61,316 nucleotides of DNA. Origin: Alphaproteobacteria bacterium (GTDB taxonomy: Bacteria; Pseudomonadota; Alphaproteobacteria; GCA-2731375). Both the position numbers and the translations under genes were made by a program. The notes beneath the pieces are model-generated. The model worked only from the letters and a program-made list of their open reading frames with translations, did no database searches and was not told the DNA's origin. This document shows, one piece after another, positions 57,659 to 61,316 of this stretch. Numbering within the stretch: the stretch's first letter is position 1; each line of letters begins with the position of its first letter. The stretch lies in contig VGEV01000002.1 of assembly GCA_016869175.1 (NCBI GenBank), forward strand, positions 1-61,316. The letters are read 5' to 3'.

Positions 57659-59473
57659 ATGCTGCTGCGCGCCCGCATCGCCCTCATAGTCGGTACCTGC
57701 TTCCTTCTGCTGGCGGGCGGCCTGATCTGGATCCAGATGCTGCGCGAACAGCGGGCCGACGAACGCTATGGCCACACCTATAGTCGTGGCGAGGCCGCGA
57801 TCTGGCGCAAGATCATCGAAGTGCGCACGAACCGCTTGGAGAGCGAGGCCCGCTTGCTGCTGCGCGAAGCAGCTCTCGTCGAGGCGATGCGCGCCGGCCG
57901 GCGCCAGCAGGTGGCGCAGATCGTGACGGGCGACGGCCGCCGGGGGACGGTTCGCCTGGAAGTGCTGAGCAATCAGGGCGAGCTGCTCTATTCCAGCGCC
58001 GGTCCGGGCATCGCGGAACCGACGCTCGATGCCGGCAAGCTCGCGGCCCTGTTGAACGGCGGTGAAGGGTTGTGGCGCGGCCTGCTGCAGGACACCAACC
58101 GCGAATTCCTGTTGGCGGTCGCCATGGCGGCGAGCGGCGACCCGCCGGCCGGCGCCCTGACGCTGGCCGAGAGCCTGCTGGAGCCGCTGCGCGAATTGCG
58201 GCAAACCCTGGGCGCCGACACCTACATCATCAATCGGCGCGGTCAGCTGCTGCTGGGCACCGACGACGGCCTCTGGCAACGCTTGCACCCGCAGGCGCGG
58301 GTTCGCGCCAATCTGGAGACCGTACAGCACGGCAGCCAGAGCTACGCCCTGGCTACTCTGCCTTTGGCCGACGAAGCCGGCCGAGCGATCGCCTATCTGG
58401 CTACCGTGCACGACGACACGCGGGCCGCGGCCGAACGCCGCATCGCCGGCATCGTTTCGATCGGCCTTGCCGGCGGCCTGCTGCTGTTCCTGGTGGCGGC
58501 GCTTGGCCTCTATCTGCGGGGGGCGTTCAGCCCGCTCGACAGCGCGATCGCCGTGCTGGCGGCCTTGTCGCGCGGCGATACCTCGGCCGGCATGGAGGTG
58601 CGCACCAAGGACGACGAGATTGGCCGCATTGCCGGCGCGGTGACAGTGTTCCGCGAGCATGCGGTGGCGCTGCAGCGGGCCGAGCGGCAGCGCGAGAAGT
58701 ACCGCCGCCGACAGAACCAACTGGCCGCGCTGCGGCAGGAACTCGACATCGCCCACCGCATGCAGCAGGCGATCCTGCCGACGCGCTTCCCCGAAGACCC
58801 GCGTTACCGGCTGCACGCCCTGATGCGGCCGGCGCGCGAGGTGGGCGGCGATTTCTATGACTTCTTCGCCATCGGCGCGCACGAGGTCGGCCTGGTGGTG
58901 GCCGACGTCTCGGGCAAGGGTGTGCCGGCGGCCCTGTTCATGGCGGTCTCGCGCACGCTGACCAAGGCGACGGCACTGGGCGGCGCCTCGCCGGGTCCCT
59001 GTCTGGCGCAGGTCAACAACCTGCTTTGCCAGGACAACGCGGAGGAGATGTTCGTCACCCTGTTCTATGGCATCGTCGACTTGCATACCGGCCGGTTGCG
59101 CTATGCCAATGGCGGCCACAATCCGCCGCTGCTGCGCGGCCGCGAAGGCCAGGTCCGGGAATTGCCATCGACCGGCGGCGTCGCCCTCGGCTTCGTGGCC
59201 GAACTCGACTACGCCGAGGGCTCGCTCACGCTCGGTCAGGGCGATGCGCTGCTGCTCTATTCCGACGGCGTGACCGAGGCGATGAATGCCGAGCAGCGCG
59301 AGTTCGGCATCGACCGGCTGGCCGAGGCGTTCAGGGAAACCGTCGCGGTCGAACCCGCGGTGCTGGTGATCGACCTGCTGCAAGAGGTCGACCTGTTCGC
59401 CAGAGGGGCCCAGCAGTCAGACGACATCACGCTGTTGGCGTTGCATTTTCACGGCGACGCGGCGTGCAGGTGA
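57659..59473 (+). CDS. Membrane sensor phosphatase: periplasmic Cache-like domain, HAMP, PP2C/SpoIIE (RsbU-like) phosphatase
   Basis: 604 aa. Two TM helices flank a domain of about 250 aa. The HAMP region is LSRGDTSAGMEVRTKDDEIGRIAGAV. PPM motifs are REVGGDFYDFF, VVADVSGKGVPAALFMA, YANGGHNPP, LLYSDGVTEA and QSDDITLLAL. Confidence 0.88.
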   Translation: MLLRARIALIVGTCFLLLAGGLIWIQMLREQRADERYGHTYSRGEAAIWRKIIEVRTNRLESEARLLLREAALVEAMRAGRRQQVAQIVTGDGRRGTVRLEVLSNQGELLYSSAGPGIAEPTLDAGKLAALLNGGEGLWRGLLQDTNREFLLAVAMAASGDPPAGALTLAESLLEPLRELRQTLGADTYIINRRGQLLLGTDDGLWQRLHPQARVRANLETVQHGSQSYALATLPLADEAGRAIAYLATVHDDTRAAAERRIAGIVSIGLAGGLLLFLVAALGLYLRGAFSPLDSAIAVLAALSRGDTSAGMEVRTKDDEIGRIAGAVTVFREHAVALQRAERQREKYRRRQNQLAALRQELDIAHRMQQAILPTRFPEDPRYRLHALMRPAREVGGDFYDFFAIGAHEVGLVVADVSGKGVPAALFMAVSRTLTKATALGGASPGPCLAQVNNLLCQDNAEEMFVTLFYGIVDLHTGRLRYANGGHNPPLLRGREGQVRELPSTGGVALGFVAELDYAEGSLTLGQGDALLLYSDGVTEAMNAEQREFGIDRLAEAFRETVAVEPAVLVIDLLQEVDLFARGAQQSDDITLLALHFHGDAACR

Positions 59474-61316
59474 TAGACCGGTTCCCGGCCGTAGCCCTTG
59501 GCCAGCGGCAAGATGCCGACATAGTCGCAGGCAAACCGCTCGCGAAAGCCTTCGCCTGAACGCTCGACCTCGCTGCGCAACTCGGCCTGTTCGGCGGCCA
59601 AGAGCGCGACCAGGGTCTGTGTCGCGTAGACATACCCCGGCACCGTCACCGGCTCCAGCCGGGCCGCGCGATTGATGTGCGTGCCATAGGCATTCCTGAG
59701 GCCGGTGAACGGATCCTGGGCCTCAAAGACCGGGCCGGCATGCAGCGAAATGCGGATCGCCAAGCGGCGTGGCAGGCCCGCCACCTCGTCGCTGATCTGC
59801 GCCACCGCGTCCTTCAGCTTCAGCGCGAACTCGGCGATGTCGAGCGCGCGTGGTGCAACCGCGAAGATGCCGTCCCCCCAGGTCTTGATGAACTCGGGCG
59901 GGTGCTGCCCACCGGACACGCGGGCATGCAGGCGGCCGACGAAATCGAGGAAGGCCGGCATGTGCTCCTCGCCAAGCTTGCTGAAGCCGACCAGGTCGGC
60001 AAACAGCATGCCCTTGATGACGCGCTGCGCGCCGCCGGGCGGCACCGCGGTCGGCGAGGGGTCCGGGGCGCGGCCCGCATCGCCGGCCGGGCCGGGATGC
60101 TGGCTGTTGAGTTCCTCGATGTCGATGATCGACAGCCGGGTGATGTCGCCCCAACGGTCGATGAAATCCGCCGCGCCGCCCGGCAGCGAGCCGCTCAGCA
60201 TGTTCCAGACCGCCAGCAGATGCGGCTCGCTGGCCAGCAGCCGGGCGCGCAGAGCGGCGATGCCGTGCAAGACCTGGTTGCCGAAGCGGTAGAGCATGTC
60301 ATGGCCGAGGAAGCGTTCGGCGGTGGCGAAGCTGATGCTGTCGGCCAGCTTGATGGCATTGCGAAAGCGCCGTTCCCAGCGCGGTCCGGCGGGCGCCACG
60401 TTGAGGCGGACGAAATCCTCCAGTTCGAACGGCAGCACCAGGTTGACCTCGGCGCCGCGTTCCAGCAGCGCCTCGACGAACAGCAGTTCGGCGCCAGCCG
60501 CGGCCGAGGCATAGCCGATGCGCCCGCCGAGCGCGTCGAGCCGCGCTTCGATGGCAGCGCGCAGCTGCGGCTCGAGATGGGGCGGAAACAGGGGGCCGGC
60601 CTGGCCCGGCCGATCGAGCGGCGGTCCGGTGAAGACCACGACGGTCGGCGGCTTCAGAAGCGTCGGCAGGGCGGGCGGCACTTTCAGGCCAGCCTGGCCC
60701 AGATCGTTGAGCGCGCGGCGCGCGGCAACCGCGACCTGGTACTGCCGGCCGGCCAGCGCGACGCCTTCGGCATAGCTTGCGGCCGCCGCCTCCGCCTGGC
60801 CCAGCAACAACTGCATCACGGCCTGCGACATGCTGCGTACCGCCGGATGGTCGTGCCCCGGCAAGTCGTCGTCGCCCGATCCGGAGGCGGCGTCGAGCGA
60901 ACGCAGCGCCGCCGTCGCCAGCTTCCGCGCCACACCGCGCGCGCCCAGGAGATAGGCGGCTACCGCCGCTTCCGCCCCGGCGAACAGGTCGCCCGACAGC
61001 GTGAAACACTCCTCGTAGAATTCCCGGCTGCGCACCAGTTCCTGGCGCTGCCCGGTCAGGCGCCAGATCTCGTGGTTGACCCGGCCGAGCAGGCCCAGCA
61101 GAGCCGGGTCGCGGCCGCCGTGGGAGACCTGCTGGCCGCGCATCGCCTCCAGCGCCTCGGACAACGCCGCCACCGCCGCCCGCGCACGCGCGCGCTCGCG
61201 CTTGTCGGTCGGCTTGGCCGTCAGCGTCGCCACCGCCCGGCGCAGCGCTGCCTCCAGGTTGCGCAGCGGCGGCTCGTCGCCGGCCGACCAGCCCGGCACG
61301 GTTTCCAACAGGTGGC
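59449..61316 (-). CDS. Multidomain class III nucleotidyl (adenylate/guanylate) cyclase; the N-terminus probably lies beyond the window
   Basis: The C-terminal cyclase motifs are MLFADLVGFSKL, IKTWGDGIFAV, ISLHAGPV and YGTHINRAARLE. A central Rossmann-like region reads TVVVFTGPPLD...YASAAAGAELLFVEALLERGAEVNLVLPF. An N-terminal helical region reads LLGLLGRVNHEIWR...FYEECF. The frame is open to the last base of the window. Confidence 0.85.
   Translation of the reverse strand, partial: HLLETVPGWSAGDEPPLRNLEAALRRAVATLTAKPTDKRERARARAAVAALSEALEAMRGQQVSHGGRDPALLGLLGRVNHEIWRLTGQRQELVRSREFYEECFTLSGDLFAGAEAAVAAYLLGARGVARKLATAALRSLDAASGSGDDDLPGHDHPAVRSMSQAVMQLLLGQAEAAAASYAEGVALAGRQYQVAVAARRALNDLGQAGLKVPPALPTLLKPPTVVVFTGPPLDRPGQAGPLFPPHLEPQLRAAIEARLDALGGRIGYASAAAGAELLFVEALLERGAEVNLVLPFELEDFVRLNVAPAGPRWERRFRNAIKLADSISFATAERFLGHDMLYRFGNQVLHGIAALRARLLASEPHLLAVWNMLSGSLPGGAADFIDRWGDITRLSIIDIEELNSQHPGPAGDAGRAPDPSPTAVPPGGAQRVIKGMLFADLVGFSKLGEEHMPAFLDFVGRLHARVSGGQHPPEFIKTWGDGIFAVAPRALDIAEFALKLKDAVAQISDEVAGLPRRLAIRISLHAGPVFEAQDPFTGLRNAYGTHINRAARLEPVTVPGYVYATQTLVALLAAEQAELRSEVERSGEGFRERFACDYVGILPLAKGYGREPVYHLHAASP

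Noticed and set aside
55340-59383. A 1347-aa ORF on the minus strand spanning the DUF1330, sensor-MFS and PP2C genes
   Set aside because: It is exactly antisense to three motif-supported genes. Its product is Arg/Gln/Gly/Ala/Pro-rich low complexity with no recognisable domain. Long stop-free antisense frames are expected when sense codons are strongly GC3-biased.
59449-61316. The cyclase as a Pycsar- or CBASS-like antiphage cyclase
   Set aside because: There is no adjacent small TM or TIR effector, no Cap-type accessory genes, and no mobile or defence-island context. Its large multidomain architecture looks like a regulatory cyclase. Specificity cannot be judged from sequence by eye.
1-61316. 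CRISPR arrays, rRNA, IS elements, prophage genes, riboswitch-like leaders upstream of the cysD, mtnP, soxB and hemF genes
   Set aside because: I looked for regularly spaced direct repeats, transposase, integrase or capsid-like ORFs, and long structured leaders. None was found by eye. Riboswitch absence in particular needs a covariance-model scan to confirm.

Overview
This is a very GC-rich 61.3-kb chromosomal segment (roughly two-thirds or more G+C by eye). Gene content and local synteny look alphaproteobacterial: petABC bc1 operon, hemF, trmL, a cca/NUDIX/DUF1285 group next to a MoxR-DUF58-BatA_N/DUF4159 operon, and soxBDAG. I can support about 60 protein-coding genes, one tRNA-Gln(UUG), one probably frameshifted gene (ygiD-like), three copies of a ~135-nt structured intergenic repeat, one likely intrinsic terminator and two homopolymer tracts. 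I see no rRNA, CRISPR array, transposase, integrase, phage gene or recognisable defence or toxin system. Most of the window is housekeeping or catabolic. The least ordinary parts are: (1) the right-hand end (55.7-61.3 kb), which holds a sensor-domain/MFS fusion, a Cache/HAMP/PP2C membrane phosphatase and a convergent, 3'-overlapping TPR/Rossmann-like/class III nucleotidyl cyclase, with no partner-switching or effector genes in view; (2) the repeat family, whose ends coincide with the stop codons of flanking genes; (3) a small lower-GC islet carrying a translationally coupled small ORF and a DUF2019 gene; (4) a sarcosine-oxidase operon extended by fhs and an AtuA-like gene. The many very long ORFs lying antisense to real genes are compositional artefacts. 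All family and domain calls come from motif recognition by eye, not from searches, and start codons are often uncertain. I found no clear-cut novel system; the findings below are candidates only.
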